A stretch of DNA of 64,000 nt from positions 45,219-109,218 of the forward strand of contig JAMFSS010000008.1 of the NCBI GenBank assembly GCA_026225415.1, written 5' to 3'. Positions 9,932 to 17,973 of this stretch are shown here, one piece after another; position 1 is the stretch's first letter; every line of letters begins with the position of its first letter. Below the pieces are notes generated by a model, which saw nothing but the letters and a program-made list of their open reading frames with translations, did no database searches and was not told where the DNA came from. Source of the DNA: Alphaproteobacteria bacterium (GTDB lineage: Bacteria > Pseudomonadota > Alphaproteobacteria > UBA9219). A program made the translations under genes and the position numbers.

Positions 9932-10044
9932 GCCTCACCCCACGAACTATCTGTCTTATTTAGTTGGCATTCGTTCCCCTCTCCAACAAGTTGGAGAGGG
10001 GAACGCGCAATGCTGCCACAATCAAATTGTGCGTGGGGTGAGGC
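9932..10044. repeat. REP-like nested palindromic element
   Basis: Outer arms GCCTCACCCCACG (9932-9944) and CGTGGGGTGAGGC (10032-10044). They enclose a perfect 15-bp hairpin, GTTCCCCTCTCCAAC (9973-9987) and GTTGGAGAGGGGAAC (9990-10004). Confidence 0.6.
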
Positions 10045-10054
10045 TTTCACCAAG

Positions 10055-10087
10055 CAACAAAAAAGCCGGTGATTTTCATCACCGGCT
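10055..10087 (-). terminator. Rho-independent terminator downstream of rplS
   Basis: Stem AGCCGGTGAT (10064-10073) / ATCACCGGCT (10078-10087) with loop TTTC. On the minus strand it is followed by a U-tract (plus-strand A-run 10058-10063). Confidence 0.6.
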
Positions 10088-10107
10088 TTTTCGAAATCAT
10101 AAAATGA

Positions 10108-10485
10108 TTACGCCGATTTTTGTTCGTAATCTGTTTTTTCGGTAATGCGGGCAGCCTTACCACGCAGATTGCGCAAGTAATAAAGCTTGGCGCGGCGAAC
10201 ATCGCCACGACGCACACGTTCAACCGATTCAACGCGCGGGCTGTACAGCGGGAACACACGTTCCACACCTTCGCCATAGCTGATCTTGCGAACCGTGAAA
10301 GCCGAGTTCAAACCGGCATTCTTCTTGGCGATGCAAACGCCTTCATAAGCCTGGATACGTTCGCGGGTGCCTTCGACAACTTTCACATTGACGCGCACAG
10401 TATCGCCAATGGCGAATTCCGCAACTTTGGATGTGGCTTGCAGCTTTTCGACCTGCTGCGCTTCGATTTTTTGTAACAAATTCAT
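10108..10485 (-). CDS. rplS: 50S ribosomal protein L19
   Basis: 125 aa; [11 protein letters not shown]-type N-terminus, [21 protein letters not shown]. Confidence 0.95.
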   Translation of the reverse strand: MNLLQKIEAQQVEKLQATSKVAEFAIGDTVRVNVKVVEGTRERIQAYEGVCIAKKNAGLNSAFTVRKISYGEGVERVFPLYSPRVESVERVRRGDVRRAKLYYLRNLRGKAARITEKTDYEQKSA

Positions 10486-10530
10486 CGTACTTCTCCGTTA
10501 ACCTGAACGCGAATATCCGCGCCCCTATTT

Positions 10531-11268
10531 TTAAAAGCCGCTCTTCTTACCCTCTCGAAACGTATTATACAAGTCCGGTCTGCGTGCTTTGGTGATTTTT
10601 TCGGCCATTTCGTGCCGCCATTGCTTAATTTTGGCGTGATTTCCCGATGTTAACACTTCCGGCACCCCCAACCCCTGCCATTCGGCTGGTTTGGTGTAAT
10701 GGGGATATTCCAATAATCCGGCCTCAAAACTCTCCTCGCCCAAAGTCGCCGCATTGCCCAAAACGCCGGGCAACAACCGCACACAGGCTTCCAGCATCGC
10801 CATGGCCGCGACCTCGCCGCCCGCAAGGACGAAATCGCCGAGGCTGATTTCCTCCAGCGCTCCGCCTTCCCTTGGCGCGTCGATCACGCGTTGGTCGATG
10901 CCTTCATACCGTCCGCACAGCACAAGCAGATGTTTTTCAGCTGCCAGTTCCTTGACCAAGGCCTGATTTAAAACGCGGCCACGGGGTGACAAATATATTT
11001 TGCGCGAGGCCGCGCCGAATGTGGCCTGTGCGCCCTGAATGGCATCGTCCAAAACATCCGCCCGCATCACCATACCCGCCCCGCCGCCGTATGGCGTATC
11101 ATCAACCGTTGCGTGTTTGTCGGTAGCGAAATCGCGGATTTGCACAGCGTTCAATGCCCACAAACCGTCGCGCAAAGCCTTGCCCGGCAAGGATGTGCCG
11201 AGGATGCCGGGGAAGGCTTCGGGGAAGAGGGTTAGGATGGTGGCAGACCAGACCGGTTGGCTTGACAT
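10531..11268 (-). CDS. trmD: tRNA (guanine37-N1)-methyltransferase
   Basis: [52 protein letters not shown] chose the ATG at 11266-11268 (MSSQPVW..); the track ORF extends to 11313. Confidence 0.9.
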   Translation of the reverse strand: MSSQPVWSATILTLFPEAFPGILGTSLPGKALRDGLWALNAVQIRDFATDKHATVDDTPYGGGAGMVMRADVLDDAIQGAQATFGAASRKIYLSPRGRVLNQALVKELAAEKHLLVLCGRYEGIDQRVIDAPREGGALEEISLGDFVLAGGEVAAMAMLEACVRLLPGVLGNAATLGEESFEAGLLEYPHYTKPAEWQGLGVPEVLTSGNHAKIKQWRHEMAEKITKARRPDLYNTFREGKKSGF

Positions 11269-11325
11269 TGCTAGGCATTCCTTTTTAACTGACGTCCTCA
11301 TCTTGTACAGCAATCGGGTATTCTT

Positions 11326-11817
11326 GTGAACAAAATCAAGTTTTTCGGCGTATTATGCGCGTTGTCTTTGACGGGCTGCATGTCACAGACAACCCTTGTG
11401 CAAGATTCGGCTGCCAATGGGACTGGTGGCGCTGCTGTTCGCCCTATCGCTGTCCCAACTCAACCTGCGCGTCCGACAGGCCCCTCTATCATCAACAAGG
11501 TCGGCGTATCCGGCCAGCCCATCAATATCGCCCAACTTACCAATGTTAATCCGGACTGCACCGCTGGCACTGTCGGCCTTATAAAAATTACCCAGCAACC
11601 GGCGCATGGCAAAGCCGTTGTGGAGGACAAGGATATTTATCCGAACTTCCCCTCCACCAATATGCACGCAACCTGTAACAGCCAGAAATTCCCCGGTCTG
11701 GTAGTTAGCTACACTTCGGCGCCCGGCTTTACCGGCTCTGACCTGATGGCGATTGAAGTCTTTACCCGTTCGGGTGGTGATTCCAACGAGATCAAGGTTC
11801 TTGTGACCGTTAAGTAG
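11326..11817 (+). CDS. putative lipoprotein, unknown function
   Basis: GTG start. Signal peptide plus lipobox ([12 protein letters not shown]|C). The C-terminal region looks like a beta-sandwich (..[29 protein letters not shown]). It overlaps the 3' end of rimM by 8 nt on the opposite strand. Confidence 0.55.
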   Translation: MNKIKFFGVLCALSLTGCMSQTTLVQDSAANGTGGAAVRPIAVPTQPARPTGPSIINKVGVSGQPINIAQLTNVNPDCTAGTVGLIKITQQPAHGKAVVEDKDIYPNFPSTNMHATCNSQKFPGLVVSYTSAPGFTGSDLMAIEVFTRSGGDSNEIKVLVTVK

Positions 11818-12334
11818 GCTTTTCGTCTTTGAGCCAGCCTTCCGGCACAATGATTGTCGCTGTTCCCGCATCGGCATCGACCACCGGCACAAATTCGTCC
11901 CTGAAGGGCAGCATGAAACTGTCTTTGTGCGTGGTGCCGATTTCGACAAAAGTTCCCGCGCCGTGATTATGGACGGCCAGAATGGTGCCGTAGCTTTTCC
12001 CCGCATCGTCCTGCGCCACCAAGCCTACCAGGTCGGCTTCGTAATATTCGCCCTTTTCGGGTTTCGGCAAAACGTCGCGCGGGATGTAAATTTTGTCGCC
12101 GCGTAAGTCGTCGGCGTCTTCTTTGTTGGTGATGCCTTCGACAGTGGCGATGAAGATATCGTTGGCAGTGGATTTTCTGGTGATTTTAAAAACGCGTTTG
12201 CCGGTTTCATCCGACAAAGGCGCGTATTCAAAAATGCTCGTCGGCTCGGCCGTAAAACTGCGCAGCTTGACCAACCCGCGGACGCCATGGGCGCCCGCAA
12301 ATTGACCCACGCAAATTTTACGGCCTGTAGCCAT
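11810..12334 (-). CDS. rimM: 16S rRNA processing protein RimM
   Basis: 174 aa; GAHGVRGLVKLRSFT, EYYEADLVGL, and a PRC-barrel-like C-terminus. Confidence 0.85.
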   Translation of the reverse strand: MATGRKICVGQFAGAHGVRGLVKLRSFTAEPTSIFEYAPLSDETGKRVFKITRKSTANDIFIATVEGITNKEDADDLRGDKIYIPRDVLPKPEKGEYYEADLVGLVAQDDAGKSYGTILAVHNHGAGTFVEIGTTHKDSFMLPFRDEFVPVVDADAGTATIIVPEGWLKDEKPT

Positions 12335-12339
12335 AAAGA

Positions 12340-12753
12340 TTACGCCGCTGGAGCTTCTTCGGCTGCTGCTTCAGGCGCGAGGGCTTCCTTAGGAGCCGCT
12401 GCGGCTTCGGCTGCTGCCTTGGCGGCTTCTTCGTTAGCCTTAATGCGTTCCTGAGCCTTTGCCTTTGGCGCGGAACGTTTGGGCGATTCGCGCCATGTAA
12501 CCTTGGGGCCCAGCTTGGCGGCTTCGAGGAAACGGGCAACGCGGTCAGAAGGTTGTGCGCCGTTCTTGAGCCAATGGGTTATGCGTTCTGCCACTAAAGT
12601 TACGCGCTTGGCATCATCCTTGGGCAACATGGGGTTATAGGTGCCGACTTTTTCGATAAAGCGGCCATCGCGCGGGCTGCGGGCATCCGCAACAACGATG
12701 TGGTAGTAAGGACGCTTTTTGGCGCCGTGGCGTGTCATACGAAGTGTTAGCAT
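12340..12753 (-). CDS. rpsP: 30S ribosomal protein S16 with an Ala/Glu/Lys-rich C-terminal extension
   Basis: [41 protein letters not shown], followed by a tail of about 50 aa of low complexity ([28 protein letters not shown]). Confidence 0.9.
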   Translation of the reverse strand: MLTLRMTRHGAKKRPYYHIVVADARSPRDGRFIEKVGTYNPMLPKDDAKRVTLVAERITHWLKNGAQPSDRVARFLEAAKLGPKVTWRESPKRSAPKAKAQERIKANEEAAKAAAEAAAAPKEALAPEAAAEEAPAA

Positions 12754-12784
12754 TTAGTCTCTCCCTGGTTGATAGTTAGTCGGT

Positions 12785-14149
12785 TTATTTGCCTGGTATT
12801 CCACCGCCGAAACGCGGCATCATGGAACGCATGAAGCCGGATTTACCCATCTTCTGCACCTGTTTCATGACGCGTTGCATTTCGAGGAATTGTTTTATCA
12901 GTCGATTAACATCGGATACATCGACGCCCGCGCCCGCCGCAATGCGGCGCTTGCGCGATGCCTGCAACAGATCGGCATTTTTGCGTTCCACAGGTGTCAT
13001 CGACTGGATGATCGCTTCCTGACGCTTGATCGCTTTTTCGTCGATATTGGCGTTTTTCAACTGCTCTTTCATCTTGCCCATGCCGGGAAGAAGATTAAGC
13101 ATGCCGCCCATGCCACCCATTTTGCGCATCTGCTGCATTTGTTTGGCGAGGTCGTTGAAGTCAAACTTGCCGCCGGACAAAAACTTTTCCGTCATGTCTT
13201 GCGCGTCTTGCATGTCAATCGTCGCCGCTGCCTTTTCGACCAGCGAGACAACATCGCCCATGCCCAGAATACGTCCGGCCAGACGGTCGGGGTGATAGAC
13301 CTCCAGCGCGTCGGTTCTTTCGCCGACGCCCAGAAATTTGATCGGCTTGCCGGTAACGGCACGCATGGATAGCGCGGCGCCACCGCGCGCATCGCCATCG
13401 ATACGCGTCAGGACAATGCCGGTAACGCCGATCTTTTCATTGAATTGCTTGGCGGTGTTGACGGCATCCTGCCCCGTCATGGCATCGACCACCAACAGGC
13501 TTTCATGCGGTTTCGCCGCATCACGCACCGCGGCGGCTTCGGCCATCAACGCGTCATCAATCGCCAGACGACCGGCGGTGTCGAGGATAACGACATCAAA
13601 AACTTCTTTGCGCGCGGTATCAATCGCGCGGCGAGCGATATCGACCGGTTGTTGTCCCGCAACCACCGGCAAGGTCGCGACATTGATTTGTTGGCCGAGC
13701 ACCGCGAGTTGTTCTTGCGCCGCAGGACGTTGCACATCCAATGACGCGAGCAGGACTTTTTTGTTTTCTTTATCGGTCAGGAATTTCGCGAGTTTCGCCG
13801 AGGTCGTGGTTTTGCCCGACCCTTGCAGACCCAGCATCATAATCACCGCGGGCGGTGTGACTTGCAGATTGATTGGTTCTGCGGTCGCGCCCAATAATTC
13901 GACCAGATTGTCATGGACGATTTTGATGACTTGCTGACCCGGTGTGATGGAGCGCAACACTTCATGGCCAATCGCGCGTTCTTTAACCTTGGCGGTGAAA
14001 TCTTTTACGACATCAAGCGCGACATCGGCTTCCAGCAACGCCATGCGCACTTCGCGCATAGCCTCGGTCACGTCGGCTTCGTTCAGAGCCCCGCGTCCCG
14101 TCAGCCGGTCGAAAATGCCGGTCAGTTTGTTGCTTAGATTATCAAACAC
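12785..14149 (-). CDS. ffh: signal recognition particle protein Ffh
   Basis: 454 aa; GLQGSGKTTTSAKLA, DTAGR, TRIDGDARGG, and a Met-rich M domain (MGGMGGMLNLLPGMGKM). Confidence 0.95.
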   Translation of the reverse strand: MFDNLSNKLTGIFDRLTGRGALNEADVTEAMREVRMALLEADVALDVVKDFTAKVKERAIGHEVLRSITPGQQVIKIVHDNLVELLGATAEPINLQVTPPAVIMMLGLQGSGKTTTSAKLAKFLTDKENKKVLLASLDVQRPAAQEQLAVLGQQINVATLPVVAGQQPVDIARRAIDTARKEVFDVVILDTAGRLAIDDALMAEAAAVRDAAKPHESLLVVDAMTGQDAVNTAKQFNEKIGVTGIVLTRIDGDARGGAALSMRAVTGKPIKFLGVGERTDALEVYHPDRLAGRILGMGDVVSLVEKAAATIDMQDAQDMTEKFLSGGKFDFNDLAKQMQQMRKMGGMGGMLNLLPGMGKMKEQLKNANIDEKAIKRQEAIIQSMTPVERKNADLLQASRKRRIAAGAGVDVSDVNRLIKQFLEMQRVMKQVQKMGKSGFMRSMMPRFGGGIPGK

Positions 14150-14199
14150 AACTTACTTCTCTCTCGATGACAACACTGTCTATCAGCAAGATGAATGCA

Positions 14200-14331
14200 G
14201 TTCCCTCCCCCTTGTGGGAAGGGTTAGGGAGGGGGTTGAGCCGACAGGCTCAAATGATCAAAGCAATCTCTTGCTTTCCAAAGGTGGCTTCGCCACCCCC
14301 CACCTAACCTCCCCCACAAGGGGGGAGGAAC
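14200..14331. repeat. REP-like long imperfect inverted repeat
   Basis: The arms are GTTCCCTCCCCCTTGTGGGAAGGGTTAGGGAGGGGGT (14200-14236) and ACCCCCCACCTAACCTCCCCCACAAGGGGGGAGGAAC (14295-14331). Each arm carries its own small CCTCCCC/GGGGAGG-type hairpin. Confidence 0.6.
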
Positions 14332-14378
14332 CGTGCAGCTCTCGCTAAAAAACTGCACTTAAACTCCAATAGCCAACG

Positions 14379-14419
14379 AGCCTGTGCACGCAACGCGTGG
14401 ACAGGCTTTATCTTTTCTT
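14379..14419 (+). terminator. Orphan terminator-like hairpin plus T-tract (plus strand)
   Basis: AGCCTGTGCACGC (14379-14391), loop AAC, GCGTGGACAGGCT (14395-14407) with one mismatch, then TTATCTTTTCTT. No plus-strand CDS lies upstream of it. Confidence 0.4.
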
Positions 14420-14731
14420 CCACCAAATCAGGCAACACCCTTAAATGGGTTTTGCCCAAACAACCTGGTCGGGAACGAGGGTTTAGTAACCAATGCGGGG
14501 CGCAGAGTCAACAACAACAGCATAAAATGTCATCGGCCAGCCCCCATAAAGGGGAACTGGCCTGACATTCTATATATATCAGAATGTGTCCTCTCGCGGC
14601 TGTCCTATACATTCTCAGGAAGTGCCGCGCCGAATGGCGGGATGGGCTTCAGTACCCATAAAGGGTAATCCCGTCAAATAAAAAATCGATAAAATTATTC
14701 AATACCAATAACTTACCAAATTTTGTTCAGC

Positions 14732-15394
14732 TTACGCCTCTGGTACTTTATCCATGCGCCAGACGGAAACCACGCGCATATCCTGATCTTCCAGATCGCG
14801 GGAAGTCGGCACATCATAACTGGTCAATTTCGTAAGGCCGTCATGCGGCACATAGGCGCGGCCCGGGTCTGCGATATAGGCCACGACGCCCTTGGCGATA
14901 CACAGATACAGCCAGCGCGTCAGTTTCGTACTCATTGATTGTTGATAGCAAATGTCGCCTGCGAAAATGATATCGGCTTTGGTATAGGGTTTTTCTAAAT
15001 CCAGCCCTTCGGCGATATCGACTTTGACATTGTTTAATTCGGCGTTGAGAGTGATGGAAGTCAACGCGAGTGTATCGATATCGACAGCCAACGCGGATTT
15101 TGCGCCCGCCTGCATCGCGGCGATGGCCGCGATACCACTGCCCGCGCCGAAATCGACGATGCGCTTGCCGCGCACCAGATCGGGGTTATCCAAAATATAC
15201 CGCGCCATCCCCTGCCCGCCCGGCCATGCGAAAGCCCAGAAAGGCGGCGGCAGATCGCCTTCGCGCAACCGTTCTTCGGTCAATTGCCACAAAGGCGTGA
15301 CTTCGGTTGCAAGGTGCAATTTGATTTCGGGCACGATGCCGGCGGGCGCAATTTCGGTTTGCGTGCGGATAAAATCGACGGGGTCGAAGCTCAT
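14732..15394 (-). CDS. class I SAM-dependent protein lysine methyltransferase, METTL20 / ETF-beta lysine methyltransferase-like
   Basis: 220 aa. PEIKLHLATE..PPFWAFAWPGGQGMARYILDNPDLVRGKRIVDFGAGSGIAAIAA..DID..AGDICY..IADPGR..VSVW resembles, from memory, the METTL20 family along the whole length. The 4-nt overlap with ubiA is visible directly. Confidence 0.6.
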   Translation of the reverse strand: MSFDPVDFIRTQTEIAPAGIVPEIKLHLATEVTPLWQLTEERLREGDLPPPFWAFAWPGGQGMARYILDNPDLVRGKRIVDFGAGSGIAAIAAMQAGAKSALAVDIDTLALTSITLNAELNNVKVDIAEGLDLEKPYTKADIIFAGDICYQQSMSTKLTRWLYLCIAKGVVAYIADPGRAYVPHDGLTKLTSYDVPTSRDLEDQDMRVVSVWRMDKVPEA

Positions 15395-16293
15395 AAAAGT
15401 TTACCCAGAATAATCGCGACCAGAATAATCGCGCCAAAATCGCGGTTGGATTTAAAACGCTGCAAACAATTTTCGGGATCATCCTTACGCCACATCACAA
15501 GCTGCACAAAGGCGTAGCAACCCGCGACAAGCACAATCCATTTATACACGGCATCCATTTGCGCGATCCATCCGGCACAAAGAAGCAGCAAGATAGTTAG
15601 TGTGTAAAATAATGCTACCCACCGCAGCGAATGGTCGCCGAACAACAAAGCCGTTGATTTTATGCCGACAGCCGCATCATCCCGCGCGTCCTGATGCGCA
15701 TAGATGGTATCATAACCCAAGGTCCAGCAGATGCCCGCGATATAGGCCAGCAGATGCGCAAAATCGATATGCCCCGCAACGGCGCAACCACCCAGCAAGA
15801 CGCCCCAGTTAAAAGTGAAGCCGAGGAAAAGTTGCGGCCACCATGTGATGCGTTTCATCAAAGGATAGGTGAAGACCAGAAGCAAAGACAACGCGCCAGT
15901 CGCAATCGTCGCTTCATTAAAAAACAGAAGAACGCATAGCCCAAGCGCCAATAAGGCGAGAAGGAGAAGAATAGCCTGAAAGAGCGAAACCTCGCCACTG
16001 GCCAAGGGGCGGCCCTGCGTGCGTTCGACCTGCTTATCCAAATGCCGGTCATAGATATCATTTATAACGCAACCCGCGCCGCGCATCACAACAGCACCCA
16101 CCGCGAACAACAACATGAACCATAAATTGGGAAGAAGTTTAGCCGATAACGCCACGCCCCACCAGCAAGGCAGCAACAACAACCATGTGCCAATCGGCTT
16201 GTCGAGGCGCATCAGCCGCGCATAGGGTCGCCATTGTTCCGGCATTGCGCCGACGATGCCACGGATACGGATGTCGGTGTAAATGTCGGTCAT
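15391..16293 (-). CDS. ubiA: 4-hydroxybenzoate polyprenyltransferase
   Basis: 300 aa polytopic protein; NDIYDRHLD (NDxxDxxxD) and a second Asp-rich motif YAHQDARDD. Confidence 0.85.
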   Translation of the reverse strand: MTDIYTDIRIRGIVGAMPEQWRPYARLMRLDKPIGTWLLLLPCWWGVALSAKLLPNLWFMLLFAVGAVVMRGAGCVINDIYDRHLDKQVERTQGRPLASGEVSLFQAILLLLALLALGLCVLLFFNEATIATGALSLLLVFTYPLMKRITWWPQLFLGFTFNWGVLLGGCAVAGHIDFAHLLAYIAGICWTLGYDTIYAHQDARDDAAVGIKSTALLFGDHSLRWVALFYTLTILLLLCAGWIAQMDAVYKWIVLVAGCYAFVQLVMWRKDDPENCLQRFKSNRDFGAIILVAIILGKLL

Positions 16294-16595
16294 GGCAAAT
16301 TCACCTTAAGTCCGTCGAGCGCGTCGGTCAGGATAATCTGGCATCCCAGCCGCGAGTTTTTGGTGACACCGGTGGCGATATCGAGCATGGCATTTTCACC
16401 TTCGCTTGCCGTTGGTAATTCCGCGATCCATTCCGGCGCGACGATCACATGACAAGTTGCGCAGGCCATGGAGCCGTCGCATGCGCCTTCGATATCTATG
16501 TTGTATGTGCGTGCTACGGCCAGGATGGTATCGCCCGTTTTAAAATCATAGGCGCGGCTAACACCCTTTTTATCGATGAAAGTCATTTTAGGCAT
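16290..16595 (-). CDS. fdx: [2Fe-2S] ferredoxin, adrenodoxin/putidaredoxin type
   Basis: 101 aa; GACDGSMACATCHV (C-x5-C-x2-C) plus the distal Cys in SRLGCQI. Confidence 0.85.
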   Translation of the reverse strand: MPKMTFIDKKGVSRAYDFKTGDTILAVARTYNIDIEGACDGSMACATCHVIVAPEWIAELPTASEGENAMLDIATGVTKNSRLGCQIILTDALDGLKVNLP

Positions 16596-17973
16596 GGGGT
16601 TGTTCCGACAATTTTACGGTCGGTTCGCGGCTCTCCATCATACCGCCCGGCCGCCAGACCATTATTAAAACCATACCCAAACCAAAAGCCAGCATGCGAT
16701 ATTGTTCAAACCCGCGGAACAATTCCGGCAGACCTATAATAAAGAATGCCGCCAGAACGATGCCGAGCGGATGGCCGATGCCGCCAAGGATAACGATGGC
16801 CAGAATGGTTGCGGATTCGGTGAAGGTAAAGCTTTCGGGGCTGACGAAACCCTGACGCGCTGCGAAAAACGCGCCCGCCAACCCTGCAACCATGGCACCC
16901 AGACTATAGGCCGCCAATTTTATCCATGTACGATTGATGCCGAGCGAGGCGCAGGCGATTTCATCTTCGCGGAAAGCTTCCCATGCGCGACCCAAGGGCA
17001 AACGGCGCAGGCGCGTGGCGAACCAGCCGACCAGCAACGCCAGAAACAGAATGATGAAATAGATGAAAATGACGCGTTGAACCGGATTAAAATCGAGATG
17101 GAAGAAGTCGTTGAATGTCGTGTGGCCTTCGGTGGCTGTATGCGCGAATTCAAGCCCGAACAAAGTCGGGCGCGGAATATCGGCAACGCCGTTGGGGCCG
17201 CCTGTCAAATTTGTCCAGTTGATCAACACCAGACGCACAATTTCGCCAAAGCCCAAAGTGACCACGGCAAAATAATCGCCGCGCAATCGCAAAACCGGTG
17301 CGCCCAGAATGAGGCCTGCACCCGCCGCGACCAATCCGGCCAAGGGCAAGCAAGCCCAGAAACCGATACCGGTTTGTTGCGCGAGCAGCGCATAGCAATA
17401 GGCACCGAGCGCGTAGAATCCGGCATAGCCAAGATCGAGCAACCCCGCATAGCCGACGGTGATGTTAAGCCCCCATGCCAGCATGATATAGGTCATGACC
17501 ATTATCGCGACATCAAGCGCATAGCGCGAAGCAAGCGGCGTGAAGGGGAAGATAATTGCGGCGATAATCAGCAGGTACGAAAACGCCGAGAGCGAAAAAG
17601 GCATTTTGATTTTGGTTAGCGCCGCCGGTTTGTTTTCCATGCGCGAGAATTTGGCAAACAGAAAACGCAAGCCAACCACAACGCCCATCCCCACCGCTGC
17701 GGTTTTAAGAAACGCCGTGGGAAAATCGACAAACAAAGAAACCATGCCAATTAAGGTTGCAATAAGCGATGCCGGTTGCGCATCGCGCGCCATGCCCCAA
17801 AACAAACGTCCTGCAAAAACAATCGCCGCGGCAGCAGCGACCGCGCCCAGACGGTTTTCAAACACCAAACCATTCACGCCGTCTTCTGTCCGCACGCCCG
17901 CCAATGGCAACGCCAGAATGGCGGCGATAAGCGCGGTTATCAGGGCGTCTTTTATTCGCGCTTGCACAATCAC
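16588..17973 (-). CDS. livM: branched-chain amino acid ABC transporter permease (LivM family, with a long N-terminal extension)
   Basis: 461 aa; GYAGLLDLGYAGFYALGAY, GPNG, and multiple TM helices. About 130 extra N-terminal residues carry additional TM segments. Confidence 0.8.
   Translation of the reverse strand: MIVQARIKDALITALIAAILALPLAGVRTEDGVNGLVFENRLGAVAAAAAIVFAGRLFWGMARDAQPASLIATLIGMVSLFVDFPTAFLKTAAVGMGVVVGLRFLFAKFSRMENKPAALTKIKMPFSLSAFSYLLIIAAIIFPFTPLASRYALDVAIMVMTYIMLAWGLNITVGYAGLLDLGYAGFYALGAYCYALLAQQTGIGFWACLPLAGLVAAGAGLILGAPVLRLRGDYFAVVTLGFGEIVRLVLINWTNLTGGPNGVADIPRPTLFGLEFAHTATEGHTTFNDFFHLDFNPVQRVIFIYFIILFLALLVGWFATRLRRLPLGRAWEAFREDEIACASLGINRTWIKLAAYSLGAMVAGLAGAFFAARQGFVSPESFTFTESATILAIVILGGIGHPLGIVLAAFFIIGLPELFRGFEQYRMLAFGLGMVLIMVWRPGGMMESREPTVKLSEQPHA

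Noticed and set aside
11383-12006. 207-aa minus-strand ORF antisense to the lipoprotein gene and overlapping rimM out of frame
   Set aside because: It has no motif, no start context, and Arg/Gly-rich composition. The plus-strand ORF has a canonical signal peptide and lipobox. Some residual ambiguity about strand remains, as noted in the finding.
14384-14668. 94-aa ORF and possible known RNA genes (SRP RNA, tmRNA, RNase P RNA, tRNA) in the ffh-upstream gap
   Set aside because: The ORF's composition is not protein-like. I looked for the SRP RNA core (GGUCCGGAAGGAAGCAGCC-like), RNase P conserved blocks (GAGGAAAGUCC), a tmRNA tag frame ending in ..AA-stop, and T-arm GGTTCGAATCC. None is present; CCTGGTCGGGAACGAGGG is only a weak resemblance to the SRP motif. 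The region is kept as an unclassified structured-RNA candidate.
16702-17619. 305-aa plus-strand ORF
   Set aside because: It lies entirely antisense to livM, which has clear permease motifs and TM helices. The translation is Arg/Gln/Gly-rich with no motif, which is typical of a GC-rich shadow ORF. The same reasoning applies to 1439-1975(+), 13338-13937(+), 49764-50435(+), 50777-51466(+) and 55288-55968(+).
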